Origin: Promethearchaeota archaeon
Lineage (GTDB): Archaea; Asgardarchaeota; Lokiarchaeia; Sigyniarchaeales; SOKP01
Assembly: GCA_019058295.1 (NCBI GenBank)
Contig: JAHPZI010000006.1
Location: 79,916-143,915, forward strand
Reading direction: 5' to 3'
DNA length: 64,000 nucleotides
The stretch's first letter is position 1. Each line of letters begins with the position of its first letter. Below, piece by piece: positions 30,140 through 40,287 of the stretch. Under the pieces are notes generated by a model. The model had not been told where the DNA came from. It did not search any database and saw only the letters and a list, made by a program, of their open reading frames with translations. A program made the translations under genes and the position numbers.

Positions 30140-30985
30140 ATGGAAAGCAGAAGGTATCTCTTAAAATTTTATTATATAGGAAGAAAAAAGTTTCATGGTT
30201 CACAAAGGCAAAAAAGTTTTTTAACTATTGAAGAATGTTTAATTAACGCTTTAAATGAAAAGAATTACATAAAAGATGCTGAAAGTTCTGGATTTGAAGT
30301 AGCAAGTAGAACAGATCGATTTGTTTCTGCCCGAGCCGCTGTATTTTCGTTCATTACTACAAAAAAACCCATTTTGATGGAAATAAATTCAGAATTGCCT
30401 GAAGAAATAGGGCTTTGGGCTTATACAGAAGTATCTATTGATTTTTTATCTAGATTTAATGCATTATATCGCCATTACAAATATATAGTTCCTGAATCTC
30501 TTAGTTTTCTTCAAAAAAATAGCAAATTTAACTTTAATATTATTAAAAAAGCTTGTACGGAATTGGAAGGTAAACATAACTTTATAAATTTCTCTAAACC
30601 AGGGAAAGTGGAGGAAAAAACAGTAAGAGATATGGATTCAGTCAAGATTTCTATTAATAACGACTTTTTAATCTTTGATTTTAAAAGTAGGGCTTTTTTG
30701 AGACAACAAATTCGAAGAATGGTTAAAAAAATTTTAGAATTAGGGACAGGTGAAATAGAATATGATGATTTTCTAAAATTATTCGATGTAACAAAACAAT
30801 TTTTTTATCAGCCAGCCGATCCTTCAGGTTTAATTTTATGGGATATCAAATTTGATGATAATATTAAATTTGAAGTAGATATAAAATCTAAAAAAAGAAT
30901 GGAAACCTATTTTCTAAATCAAGAATTAAAATTCTGCTTAAAAAAGCAATTATTCAGAATTTTGCAGCAAGACGATTTTAGCTAA
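30140..30985 (+). CDS. truA: tRNA pseudouridine(38-40) synthase
   Basis: FHGSQRQ, ASRTDRFVSA, RHYKY, GKHNF and FLRQQIRRM motifs. Confidence 0.92.
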   Translation: MESRRYLLKFYYIGRKKFHGSQRQKSFLTIEECLINALNEKNYIKDAESSGFEVASRTDRFVSARAAVFSFITTKKPILMEINSELPEEIGLWAYTEVSIDFLSRFNALYRHYKYIVPESLSFLQKNSKFNFNIIKKACTELEGKHNFINFSKPGKVEEKTVRDMDSVKISINNDFLIFDFKSRAFLRQQIRRMVKKILELGTGEIEYDDFLKLFDVTKQFFYQPADPSGLILWDIKFDDNIKFEVDIKSKKRMETYFLNQELKFCLKKQLFRILQQDDFS

Positions 30986-31921
30986 TAAAGATTGCAATTG
31001 AATTTCTTCTGTTCCTCCTTGACTTAAACGGTATTCAAATTCTGCAAGTAATTTTGAGAGCTCGATTTTTAAATTTTCGGATATATTTAAATCATAAATC
31101 TCTCTGTGTATATCTCTAATGATATTTCTACCTGAGATGCCATAATCTTTAATTAATTCATTCAATAGTTTAATCGATAATTGTAATTGTCCTTCTAGAG
31201 CATTCTGAAGGATAATTTTAATTTTATCTGGTGGCACTTCACCAGCTACTCTAAATACTATCTCTTGGTCTATTTTTTTTGATATTGTTCCACATGATTG
31301 TAAATAATTTATAGCTCTTCGACAATCTCCGCGTGAAACATCTACTAAGGCATTTAAACCATTTGCAGCTAAATTTAGCTCCTCTTTAGAAGCAATTAGT
31401 TTAATTCTGTTTTTAATATCATCTTTATTTAAAGGAGAAAACCTAAACACAACGCATCTTGATTGAATCGGCGGGATTATTTTATTTGAATAATTACATA
31501 TTAAAATCATTCTACAGTTTTTTGTATATTTTTCCATTGTTCTTCTTAATGCTTGTTGAGCTGGAGCAGTCATATTATCTGCTTCATCAAGAATTAATAT
31601 TTTAAAGGGAACATCAATTGGTGGTATTGCTTTAGCAAAATCTTTAATATATGTTCTAATCACATCGATACCTCGGGCATCACTAGCATTCAATTCTAAA
31701 TAAGTATTGTTTAACGACATTTTCTTGCCGTATAAATCTCTTACCATTGCTAAAGCAGAAGTTGTTTTTCCTGTTCCTGCTGGACCAGCAAAGATTAAAT
31801 GAGGCATAGATTCATCTATAATAAATTGTTTTAAACGTTTTATAATGGCATTTTGGTTAACAACATCGTTTAAAGAACGCGGACGATACTTTTCGACCCA
31901 AGGACGATTTTCTACTGACAT
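30950..31921 (-). CDS. rfcS: Replication factor C small subunit
   Basis: PWVEKYRP, GPAGTGKT, LNASD, DEAD and SRC motifs. Confidence 0.97.
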   Translation of the reverse strand: MSVENRPWVEKYRPRSLNDVVNQNAIIKRLKQFIIDESMPHLIFAGPAGTGKTTSALAMVRDLYGKKMSLNNTYLELNASDARGIDVIRTYIKDFAKAIPPIDVPFKILILDEADNMTAPAQQALRRTMEKYTKNCRMILICNYSNKIIPPIQSRCVVFRFSPLNKDDIKNRIKLIASKEELNLAANGLNALVDVSRGDCRRAINYLQSCGTISKKIDQEIVFRVAGEVPPDKIKIILQNALEGQLQLSIKLLNELIKDYGISGRNIIRDIHREIYDLNISENLKIELSKLLAEFEYRLSQGGTEEIQLQSLLAKIVLLQNSE

Positions 31922-32028
31922 TACAACTCTTAAAAATATATACTAATATAATAGAAGAAAATATTAAGATTAAATTTTCTTAATTCTTAATTAATAAATA
32001 TTATTAAAAAAAAAGAGAGTAAATATTT

Positions 32029-33336
32029 ATGGTTGATTTTAAAATAAAAAAAATTAAATCTAGGTGGATTTTAGATTCTCGTGGAAATCCCACCGTAGAA
32101 ACTGAAGTATACGCTGAAGATGATTTTGGAAGAGCTGCAGTACCTTCAGGAGCTTCGACAGGAGTTTTAGAAGCACTTGAATTAAGAGATGGGGGAAAAG
32201 CTTTTCTAGGAAAACATGTTACCAAGGCTGTTTCTAATGTAAACAACATAATAGCAAACAAATTAGTAGGATTTGATGTCAGGGATCAGAAAAAAATTGA
32301 CGAGGAATTGATAGCTATTGATGGAACTGAAAATAAAAGTAAATTGGGTGCTAATGCGATATTATCAGTTTCTTTAGCAGTTGCGAAAATAGCAGCAAAA
32401 TTATCCGATAAACCTTTATTTGCACATTTGTATGAATTAAGCTATGGTAAAAATAGAGAAGATTATCTTCTGCCTCTGCCGTGTTCTAATGTCTTAAATG
32501 GAGGCGAACACGCAGGAAATAATTTAGCAATCCAAGAATTTATGATATTACCGATCGGAGCGAAATCGTTTTCTGGGGCGATACAAAATGTTGCTGAAGT
32601 TTATCAAACGCTTAAAGCCCTTTTATCTAAGAAATATGGTAGACCATCTGTTAATGTTGGCGACGAAGGAGGATTTGCCCCAAATTTATCTTTAACTAGA
32701 GATGCTATTGATATAATCATTGATGGAATCGAAGAGGCAGGATTTATGATGGGAACCGATTTTGTATTAGGAATAGATGCTGCTGCTAGTGAATTTTATG
32801 AAGATGATGAATATTATAATATTGATGGAAAAAAATTAACAGAAGAAGAGTTATTACAATATTATTTGGATTTAACTCACGATTACCCTTTAAACTCAAT
32901 TGAAGACCCATTTGACGAAAAAGCATTTAGTGGTTTTACACACTTAACTGCTAAAGTTGGAAAATCAATCCAAATTGTAGATGACGACATTACTGTTACT
33001 AATATTAAAATTCTCGAAAGGGCAATTACTGAAAAAGCAGGAAATGCATTGCTACTTAAAGTTAACCAAATTGGAAGTTTAACTGAAGCAATTAAAGCTG
33101 CTAAAATGTCTTTTGAGCATGGATTTAATGTAATGGTATCTCATCGTTCTGGTGAAACTGAAGATACTTTTATTGCTGATTTGGCTGTTGGGCTCTGCAC
33201 AGGTCAATTAAAGACTGGAGCCCCTTGCAGAAGCGATAGAAATTGTAAATTTAATCAGCTTCTTAGAATTGAAGAGATTTTAGGAGAAAACGCAAAGTAT
33301 CCTAAGAATTTCGGTTCTTGGAAGAATTTTCAGTAA
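32029..33336 (+). CDS. eno: Enolase
   Basis: DSRGNPTVE, VPSGASTG, GDEGGFAP, LLKVNQIG and SHRSGETED motifs. Confidence 0.98.
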   Translation: MVDFKIKKIKSRWILDSRGNPTVETEVYAEDDFGRAAVPSGASTGVLEALELRDGGKAFLGKHVTKAVSNVNNIIANKLVGFDVRDQKKIDEELIAIDGTENKSKLGANAILSVSLAVAKIAAKLSDKPLFAHLYELSYGKNREDYLLPLPCSNVLNGGEHAGNNLAIQEFMILPIGAKSFSGAIQNVAEVYQTLKALLSKKYGRPSVNVGDEGGFAPNLSLTRDAIDIIIDGIEEAGFMMGTDFVLGIDAAASEFYEDDEYYNIDGKKLTEEELLQYYLDLTHDYPLNSIEDPFDEKAFSGFTHLTAKVGKSIQIVDDDITVTNIKILERAITEKAGNALLLKVNQIGSLTEAIKAAKMSFEHGFNVMVSHRSGETEDTFIADLAVGLCTGQLKTGAPCRSDRNCKFNQLLRIEEILGENAKYPKNFGSWKNFQ

Positions 33337-33361
33337 ATTCTAATATCATTTACTTCCCATC

Positions 33362-34000
33362 TTATTGCTTTAAGAACCTATAAATATTCACATCTATTTT
33401 CTTTATTTTTTGAGTATGAAATTTGAATGATTTTTCTAAAATCATATTAAACGGAAGAACATTATCAACTTTCCAATTGAATTTTTTTATAAAATTGAGA
33501 ATAAATTTATGAACCTTTTCACTTGCTAGGTGAATCGAGTAAATTACATCTGAGAATGAAAATGCTTTCTCCAAAAATATTCTATCAGCTGTTTTATGTT
33601 GAACTCCAAAAGGAGGATTCATAATTGTTGTTATTTTCAGATTTTTAGGTATCAATAATTTAGAAAATTCAAGATATTTTACTTCAGCGCATATGGGAAA
33701 AATAATATGGTCAAGATCAAGGTTTTTTATATTATTTTTTAATATACATAAAGCTTTCCAATCCTTATCTATACTTAAGATGCAACTAGCTCTCATTAAG
33801 GCACTTGCTATTGATAATCTCCCCGTTCCGGCACCAAGATCAAAAATTAATTTATTTTTTATATCGTTGAATTCGAAACCAGCAAAAAATATAAGATCTA
33901 CAGCACATGTAGCGTCTATAGTATACTGTTCTAATTTTATTTTTGGCTCAATAAATGTTTGGGTGTTTTGGATTATAGAGATTAAATGCTTTTTGTTAAT
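33362..34000 (-). CDS. METTL5-like rRNA adenine N6-methyltransferase; probable ATT start
   Basis: In-frame extension upstream of the tracked ORF supplies PKIKLEQY and DLGAGTG; NPPFG lies downstream. Confidence 0.88.
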   Translation of the reverse strand: MNKKHLISIIQNTQTFIEPKIKLEQYTIDATCAVDLIFFAGFEFNDIKNKLIFDLGAGTGRLSIASALMRASCILSIDKDWKALCILKNNIKNLDLDHIIFPICAEVKYLEFSKLLIPKNLKITTIMNPPFGVQHKTADRIFLEKAFSFSDVIYSIHLASEKVHKFILNFIKKFNWKVDNVLPFNMILEKSFKFHTQKIKKIDVNIYRFLKQ

Positions 34001-34095
34001 TTTAAAATCCGCTCTATTACAATTAATTATGAATAAATTTATTTACATTATAACATAATATTTACTTAAAATAAAGATCTATTGTTATTTTTTAT

Positions 34096-34698
34096 ATGCC
34101 AAATAGAGAACAAATTAAAAATAAGGATATCGCTGTCACAGGACAATATCTAGGGGTTATAGAAGAGTATATCAGTAATGAGCAATCTACATACGTTAAA
34201 GAAGGTCAAATTTTTGCGACTAAGACTGGCATGATTTCAATAGACGATAAAAAACGACAAATTGAAATAGAAACACATCAAGAAAAAGATAGAAAAACAG
34301 TTGAAATCGGAGATATTGTTATCGGGACCGTCGTTTTTTTGCGGAAATTTTCCATAGGAATTACTTTTAATACTATCAATCAAAAGATTCATTTTAATTC
34401 TTCTTATTTTGGTAATACTCATGTTTCTCAAATATCTAATAAATATATAGAAAAAATTAACGATGCTTTTCAAATTACGGATATCATTAGGGCCAAGGTT
34501 ACTAAAAAAAATGCAAATGAGTATACTTTAAGTACAGTAGGGAAAAATTTTGGAGTAATACATGCTGATTGTTCGATCTGTGGAACAAAACTTAATAAAA
34601 TCGGATATGATAAATTAAAATGCGACTTTTGTGGGAACATTGAAAAAAGAAAACTTGCTATAGATTATGGAGATATAGCTCATAAATTAAGGTTCTAA
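34096..34698 (+). CDS. csl4: Exosome RNA-binding protein Csl4
   Basis: GQYLGVIEE, S1 domain, CSIC/CDFC zinc ribbon, EKRKLA..YG. Confidence 0.9.
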   Translation: MPNREQIKNKDIAVTGQYLGVIEEYISNEQSTYVKEGQIFATKTGMISIDDKKRQIEIETHQEKDRKTVEIGDIVIGTVVFLRKFSIGITFNTINQKIHFNSSYFGNTHVSQISNKYIEKINDAFQITDIIRAKVTKKNANEYTLSTVGKNFGVIHADCSICGTKLNKIGYDKLKCDFCGNIEKRKLAIDYGDIAHKLRF

Positions 34699-34764
34699 TT
34701 TTTTTTCTAATTATCTATCAATAAATTTATTGTTTTTGAATTATTAAGTAGGTGTTTACAATTA

Positions 34765-34986
34765 TTGCCTAGATCTGGTAAAAAAGTTATTCATTTTTAT
34801 AATTCAAGTGGAAATTTGGAAAATACAATAAAATTTCTTGAAAAAATTCAAGAAAAAGTAAATTACATTAATTTAAATGCAACAGTTTCTGGTAAGAGTA
34901 TTAAGATCACAATATATGGATCTAGGGATCTTCAATATTTGGCTTGTGAAAGATTACGCAATTTAGCAGAAATATATTTGTGTTAA
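34765..34986 (+). CDS. Small alpha/beta protein (DUF2067 N-terminal-like or Pcc1-like)
   Basis: AGGTG SD with TTG start; lies between csl4 and rpo11. Confidence 0.5.
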   Translation: MPRSGKKVIHFYNSSGNLENTIKFLEKIQEKVNYINLNATVSGKSIKITIYGSRDLQYLACERLRNLAEIYLC

Positions 34987-35073
34987 TTTCATTTCAATAC
35001 TAAAAAATACCATAAAACATTTATTTTATTTTTCATTAGGATTGATAAGTTCGAATAGTTTAAAGTTATCATA

Positions 35074-35577
35074 ATGGCAAAGAAAAGAATTAAAAAAGAA
35101 TCAGAAGAAGAATTAGAAGACGATATAGGAGATTTAGAGGAGGAAGAAGTTGAGATTGAACTTCCTAAAATAACTAAAAAATCGCGTAAAGACGAAAAAG
35201 AACTTGAGGACACTTTTTCAATAACTTCAGAGTTAGGAGAAGAGGAGGATGAAGAGGAGTTAGAATTTGAGCTTGAAAAAAAGCCTGAATTTCCTGACTA
35301 TAAATATCTTGATCTAAAGATTTATGAAGTAACAGAAAATAATTATGAAATTGAAATTATTGGACAATCGCATGGATTTTGTAATATTCTTGTTAAACAT
35401 CTCTTAAATATCGAAGGTGTGAACATAGCGGCATATAAAATGACTGGTTTAGAACCCCCTAAAATTTATTTAAGTCTCAAAAATGGTCATAAAATTAAAG
35501 AGATATTACATAAAGGGATTGAATCGCTTAGAGAAGAAGTTCTAGAGGTCAAAAAACATTTTCAAAAACTCATGTAA
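35074..35577 (+). CDS. rpoL: RNA polymerase subunit Rpo11 (RpoL) with acidic N-terminal extension
   Basis: EIEIIGQSHGFCNIL...VNIAAY motif; csl4 context. Confidence 0.85.
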   Translation: MAKKRIKKESEEELEDDIGDLEEEEVEIELPKITKKSRKDEKELEDTFSITSELGEEEDEEELEFELEKKPEFPDYKYLDLKIYEVTENNYEIEIIGQSHGFCNILVKHLLNIEGVNIAAYKMTGLEPPKIYLSLKNGHKIKEILHKGIESLREEVLEVKKHFQKLM

Positions 35578-35635
35578 ACATATCAATGCTTTTTTTATGA
35601 AAAATTTTTAAGAAGTTAAAATTCTACTTACTATA

Positions 35636-36088
35636 ATGGTTTATGAGTTTTTAATTAACGATTTAAACAAGATTAAAACGCAAAAAAGTATTGGAACTGA
35701 TAAAGGATTAGCTAAAATAGGAGATGGGATAGTTAATCTAGCATATTCAGTGGCAAAATCAATTTATTTAACAAGAAACAACTCAAATAAAGAAGTAGTG
35801 CGTACCGGATTAAAAGTAAGTAAAAAAATTTTATCTAACGCTTTAAAAAATGCAAATATGAAAAATTTTGCTAAAAATAGGGCTGATGCTCATGATCTTG
35901 CAAATACCGTAGAGGCTATTGTAGCTTATGTTTGGCTAAATAATAAAATGTCTTTAAAAGAAATTATTGATTTTTTAACCGAAAATTTTTCTGGAAATCT
36001 ACAAGGTAGAATTGATGAGATAAATAATGCCATAAATGCCTTTACAACTCTTTTGAATTACACAAAAAAATTCTTACCCGAAAATTAA
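35636..36088 (+). CDS. Archaeal mini-RNase III family protein
   Basis: LAKIGDGIVN and ANTVEAIVAY motifs. Confidence 0.75.
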   Translation: MVYEFLINDLNKIKTQKSIGTDKGLAKIGDGIVNLAYSVAKSIYLTRNNSNKEVVRTGLKVSKKILSNALKNANMKNFAKNRADAHDLANTVEAIVAYVWLNNKMSLKEIIDFLTENFSGNLQGRIDEINNAINAFTTLLNYTKKFLPEN

Positions 36089-36091
36089 AAT

Positions 36092-36655
36092 ATGAAAGAA
36101 AATCCTATTACAATCGGATTTGATGATGCCCCTTTTAAGCTAAAATCGACTGAGAGAAAAATAACTCAGTTAATAGGTGTAGTTTGTCAAGGGACAAGAA
36201 TGGTCAATGTAGTTAGAAGAGAAATTGAGATCGATGGCTATGACGCGACTGAAGCTTTAATTGAACTCACAAAACAAAATGAACTTCATGTGCAATATAT
36301 TTTAACTGATACGATAACATTTGGTGGGTTTAATATTGTTGATTTAAATGAAATTTATAATAAAACAAAAAAACCAATAATTGCTATTACTGAAAAAGAA
36401 GTTAATCTGGAATCTGTAAAAGATGCATTAATAAAGAAATTTCCACAGAATTATGATTTAAAAATTCAAAAAATAATTAATGCGGGAAATTTATACGAGA
36501 CAGATATTGAGACAGCCGGAGGTTTATCAAGGATTTATTTTCATTCTAAAGGAATTGATCCTGATGAGGTTGAATTGTTATTGCAAAAAATATGTATTGA
36601 TTCAAAACTTCCCGAGCCGGTTCGTCTCGCACATATAATAGGAAAAGTATTTTGA
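36092..36655 (+). CDS. DUF99 family (endonuclease V-like) protein
   Basis: IGFDD, DGYDAT, TFGGFNIVD and PEPVRLAH motifs. Confidence 0.88.
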   Translation: MKENPITIGFDDAPFKLKSTERKITQLIGVVCQGTRMVNVVRREIEIDGYDATEALIELTKQNELHVQYILTDTITFGGFNIVDLNEIYNKTKKPIIAITEKEVNLESVKDALIKKFPQNYDLKIQKIINAGNLYETDIETAGGLSRIYFHSKGIDPDEVELLLQKICIDSKLPEPVRLAHIIGKVF

Positions 36656-36672
36656 GAAGAAAAAATAAAAGT

Positions 36673-37149
36673 TTAATCTGTTCTCATCTCAAATTCTAAA
36701 ATAGCTTTCATTCTTTGACGTAGTTCAGGACGAATTGCGCTCATTCCATAAGTTTTTACTCCTAATCTCTTTTCTACTTCATCTTCGGTAAGAACATTCG
36801 GAAGATCTTGTTTATTCGCTATGACAATAATTTTTGATCTTATATGACGGGAGAATCTTTCAAAGATTTCTTTACACTTAGAAATATTCTTTTCTGTGGA
36901 ATCTGTAACTAATACAGCTAAACCTGCACCTCTCAAAAAGTCTTTCCACATGAATCTAAATCTATTTTGGCCTCCAAAATCCCATATGGATACTTTACCG
37001 TAAGAGCCCAAGATCCTTGTATTAATATTTAATCCAATAGTTGGGGATCTTTCATTCGAAACCTCTTCTCCTGACAATAATTTTAGTAAACTAGACTTCC
37101 CGACTCCACTCTCCCCAATAATTGCTATTTTATTCTTAATGTGGATCAT
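36673..37149 (-). CDS. Small GTPase, Arf/Rab-like (eukaryotic signature protein)
   Basis: GESGVGKS, PTIG, WDFGGQ, NKQD and SAI motifs. Confidence 0.92.
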   Translation of the reverse strand: MIHIKNKIAIIGESGVGKSSLLKLLSGEEVSNERSPTIGLNINTRILGSYGKVSIWDFGGQNRFRFMWKDFLRGAGLAVLVTDSTEKNISKCKEIFERFSRHIRSKIIVIANKQDLPNVLTEDEVEKRLGVKTYGMSAIRPELRQRMKAILEFEMRTD

Positions 37150-37335
37150 TTTCAATCAAGTCTTCAATTATTTAATTTGTTATTTAGAAGATGAAAATTA
37201 TATCTCAAAAAATAGAATAATATGGCGGTATTACCTTTCAAATAAATTTAAATAATTGACTAAATTAACTTTAAAATGAAATCTAAATAAATAAAAATTG
37301 ATAGAATGATATAAAAAAATTAGAGGTAAGACTTT

Positions 37336-38445
37336 ATGAACAGAAAAAAAGTTTTTTATTTTCTTTTTTTATGGGGATTATTTCTCTTACCACTTGTAAA
37401 TTTTGCTGTAGCTCAACCGAGTTATGTCGGAATTGATGAGGAAGATTCCTATGAGTGGAATACATCTTTCCATAAAAGTCCTCTTGAAGATTATTGGATT
37501 GATCTTGGTTATTCTGTAACATATGCTGAAAATATTACTGATTTTTTTTTTAATGCGTTAGATATAGATACAGACGTTGATGGTTGGAGAGTTTATATTA
37601 CAGAAATTGAGAGTGAAGATGATTATTCTTATGCTGGGAATGAGATTGGTGGAGTTCACTATATATACAATTTTTACGTAAGAGAGGATGGAGGAGATTG
37701 GAAAAGAAAAGAACATAATGGTAGAGCAGAGATTATGGAATATGATATATATTTATATCTAGCTTTTACTTGGGCGGATATGGGATTCTTCCCTACTTGG
37801 CTTAATCCTTTAGACTTGAAAGAATTGTTTCCTTTTGACATGAAATTATGGTTTACTCCTACTAACACGAATTGGCGTCGCATAGCTGACAATGTTGACT
37901 ATTTGTATCAACATTATCATGGGGATGGAGAAGCAAACACTGAATACTGTACTTCTTACTTTATCCAAGAAGATTGTGGAATGTCTACTTCATGGAATCC
38001 CGAATATAATAGTCAGATAGAGGAGTTTGGATCTGTGGTAAGATACACTAGTGATGGCGTTCTTTTGCATTATGAATTTACATATGATGGACGCATTATT
38101 ATGGAAATTGATTTAGAACAATCTTTTCTCTACGAAAATTCTTGGTGGTTAATTCCTTTAATAGTAATAGTCATTGTATTAGTTATAATTCCAGTTACTA
38201 TCGTTAGTATTGTAAAGGTAAGAAAGAAACATAGAGTAAAAAAAGAAAAAATTGCTCCACCCAAAGAAGAGAAAAAACCAGAAGTTTCAGCACCAGCTGC
38301 CGTTACTCCAGCTGTCGTTACTCCAGCTGCCGTTACATCACCGGTCGAAACTCAGGAAGAGGTATTTTTTTGCCCAATGTGTGGAAACCAAGTTAAAGCT
38401 GGTAAAAATTTTTGCCAAGAGTGTGGTGCTAATTTAAAGGAGTAA
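37336..38445 (+). CDS. Single-pass membrane protein with signal peptide and cytoplasmic zinc ribbon
   Basis: N-terminal signal, one TM, CPMCG...CQECG at C-terminus. Confidence 0.8.
   Translation: MNRKKVFYFLFLWGLFLLPLVNFAVAQPSYVGIDEEDSYEWNTSFHKSPLEDYWIDLGYSVTYAENITDFFFNALDIDTDVDGWRVYITEIESEDDYSYAGNEIGGVHYIYNFYVREDGGDWKRKEHNGRAEIMEYDIYLYLAFTWADMGFFPTWLNPLDLKELFPFDMKLWFTPTNTNWRRIADNVDYLYQHYHGDGEANTEYCTSYFIQEDCGMSTSWNPEYNSQIEEFGSVVRYTSDGVLLHYEFTYDGRIIMEIDLEQSFLYENSWWLIPLIVIVIVLVIIPVTIVSIVKVRKKHRVKKEKIAPPKEEKKPEVSAPAAVTPAVVTPAAVTSPVETQEEVFFCPMCGNQVKAGKNFCQECGANLKE
38293..38337 (+). repeat. 15-nt coding tandem repeat x3 (PAAVT/PAVVT)
   Basis: ccagctgYcgttacW three times. Confidence 0.85.
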
Positions 38446-38631
38446 AAAATCAATATTTAAGTCATTTTTTTCCTTTTTTTTATTTAATAAATAATAAATC
38501 GATATCTCCTTGATGAGTGAAATATAATGAAAATAGAATAATAATTATTCTATAATATAAAAGGCGATAACAAAAATACAGAAACTAAAAAAAATAACCA
38601 AAAATAAAAATAAGCTAAAAAAAATAAATTC

Positions 38632-39930
38632 TTATGCTCCTGTGTCGATATCCTTGACAATACCTACGGCGACAGTTCTACCCATATCGCGTACCGCGAA
38701 TCGGCCCATCTCAGGAATTTCAGTATATTTCTCAATACATAGTTTCTTTATTGGGGCTAATTCTACGATTGCAGCTTCATTTCTTTTGAGAAATTTAGGA
38801 TTGTCTTCGATTACTGCTCCTGTTTTCTGATCTAATTTTTTCATAAGACTGTTAAATTTTGCTGCAACTTGAGCTGTATGTGCATGAACAACAGGAGTAT
38901 ATCCTTGAGCGATAGCGGTTGGATGCCAAATGACAATAATTTGTCCCGTCCATTTTCCCTTTGGAGTTATAACTGTTGGGGGATTATCAGGATGACCTAA
39001 ACAATCACCTCTACCAGCATCTTGCATACTAATTCCTCTGATACTAAATCCAACATTATCACCAGGCTCGGCTTGAGGTATTTCTTCGTGATGCATTTCA
39101 ATAGTTCTTATTTCTCCTTTAAAGCCAGTTGGCATAATTATGATTTTATCTCCTTTTTTCAAAACTCCCGTTTCTACTCTACCAACTGGAACAACTCCTG
39201 TACCTTTAATCTGATAAGAGTCTTGGATTGGAAGTCTCAATGGTTTGTCTGTTGGCTTTGCAGGAATTTCAAATTTATCAATTGCATCAATTAAGGTTGG
39301 GCCCTTATACCAAGGCATTTTATCGCTAGCTTTTGCTAGATTCTCCATCGCCATACCGCTAGTTGGGATGAAAGGAATTTTTTTCACAGGGAATCCAATA
39401 TTACTAAGAAGGTCAGACACATTTTCTACACATTCGTTAAATCTGTCTTCATTATAATCCCAAACATCAGCTTTATTTATGGCTACTACTAATTGCTTAA
39501 CACCAAGAGTTTGTGCAAGGTAAGCATGTTCCCTAGTTTGCCCATTTGCTGCAATACCCACTTCCATTTCTCCTTTTTTACCAGAAACGACTAGGATTGC
39601 AGCATCTGCTTGAGATGCACCTGTAATCATGTTTTTTACAAAATCAGCGTGTCCGGGAGCATCAATGATTGTAAAGTATCGATTTGGAGTCTCAAATTTT
39701 CTAAATGCAAGATCGATTGTAATCCCTCGCTGACGTTCTTCCTTCAATCTATCAAAAACAAAAGCGTAGGACCATGATTCTCGATCATATTCTTTTGCGA
39801 GTTTTTCAAGCTCTCTTGCTTCTCTTTCTGATACTGAGCCTGTTTCTATAAGTAAGGCACCCATCATTGTTGATTTGCCGTGATCTATATGACCTATGAT
39901 TACGAGATTTAAATGTTGCTTGTCAACCAT
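38632..39930 (-). CDS. tuf: Elongation factor 1-alpha
   Basis: GHIDHGKST, RGITID, DAPGH, KNMITGASQAD and GRFAVRDMG motifs. Confidence 0.98.
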   Translation of the reverse strand: MVDKQHLNLVIIGHIDHGKSTMMGALLIETGSVSEREARELEKLAKEYDRESWSYAFVFDRLKEERQRGITIDLAFRKFETPNRYFTIIDAPGHADFVKNMITGASQADAAILVVSGKKGEMEVGIAANGQTREHAYLAQTLGVKQLVVAINKADVWDYNEDRFNECVENVSDLLSNIGFPVKKIPFIPTSGMAMENLAKASDKMPWYKGPTLIDAIDKFEIPAKPTDKPLRLPIQDSYQIKGTGVVPVGRVETGVLKKGDKIIIMPTGFKGEIRTIEMHHEEIPQAEPGDNVGFSIRGISMQDAGRGDCLGHPDNPPTVITPKGKWTGQIIVIWHPTAIAQGYTPVVHAHTAQVAAKFNSLMKKLDQKTGAVIEDNPKFLKRNEAAIVELAPIKKLCIEKYTEIPEMGRFAVRDMGRTVAVGIVKDIDTGA

Positions 39931-40287
39931 ATTTCAATCAATTTCCATATTTAATTTATATATACAATTAATTTACTTAATTTTTAATTGTCAATAATAA
40001 TATTAATTATTAATTGATAATGAATTTTAATGTTAAGGAATTTATATTCTTTTCTATAAAGGATTCTCTAGGGGAAATAAATGGGATATTTATATAATAA
40101 GTCAATAAATTTTCTTTTTAAGTAAATACTTACCTTTAGGATCCTCAAATAATTTTCGATTATTATAATAATTAAAAAATTACTTAGAATTAACATTTAG
40201 ATAATAAATATAAAAAAACATAGAACTTTAATTTACATTAAGGAATATACAAAATTTAAGTAATAAATCTATCCTCAATTAAAAACA

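Noticed and set aside
32975-33000. Enolase VDDDITVTN instead of VGDDLxVTN
   Set aside because: Metal-binding Asp residues and other catalytic motifs are intact; minor variation.
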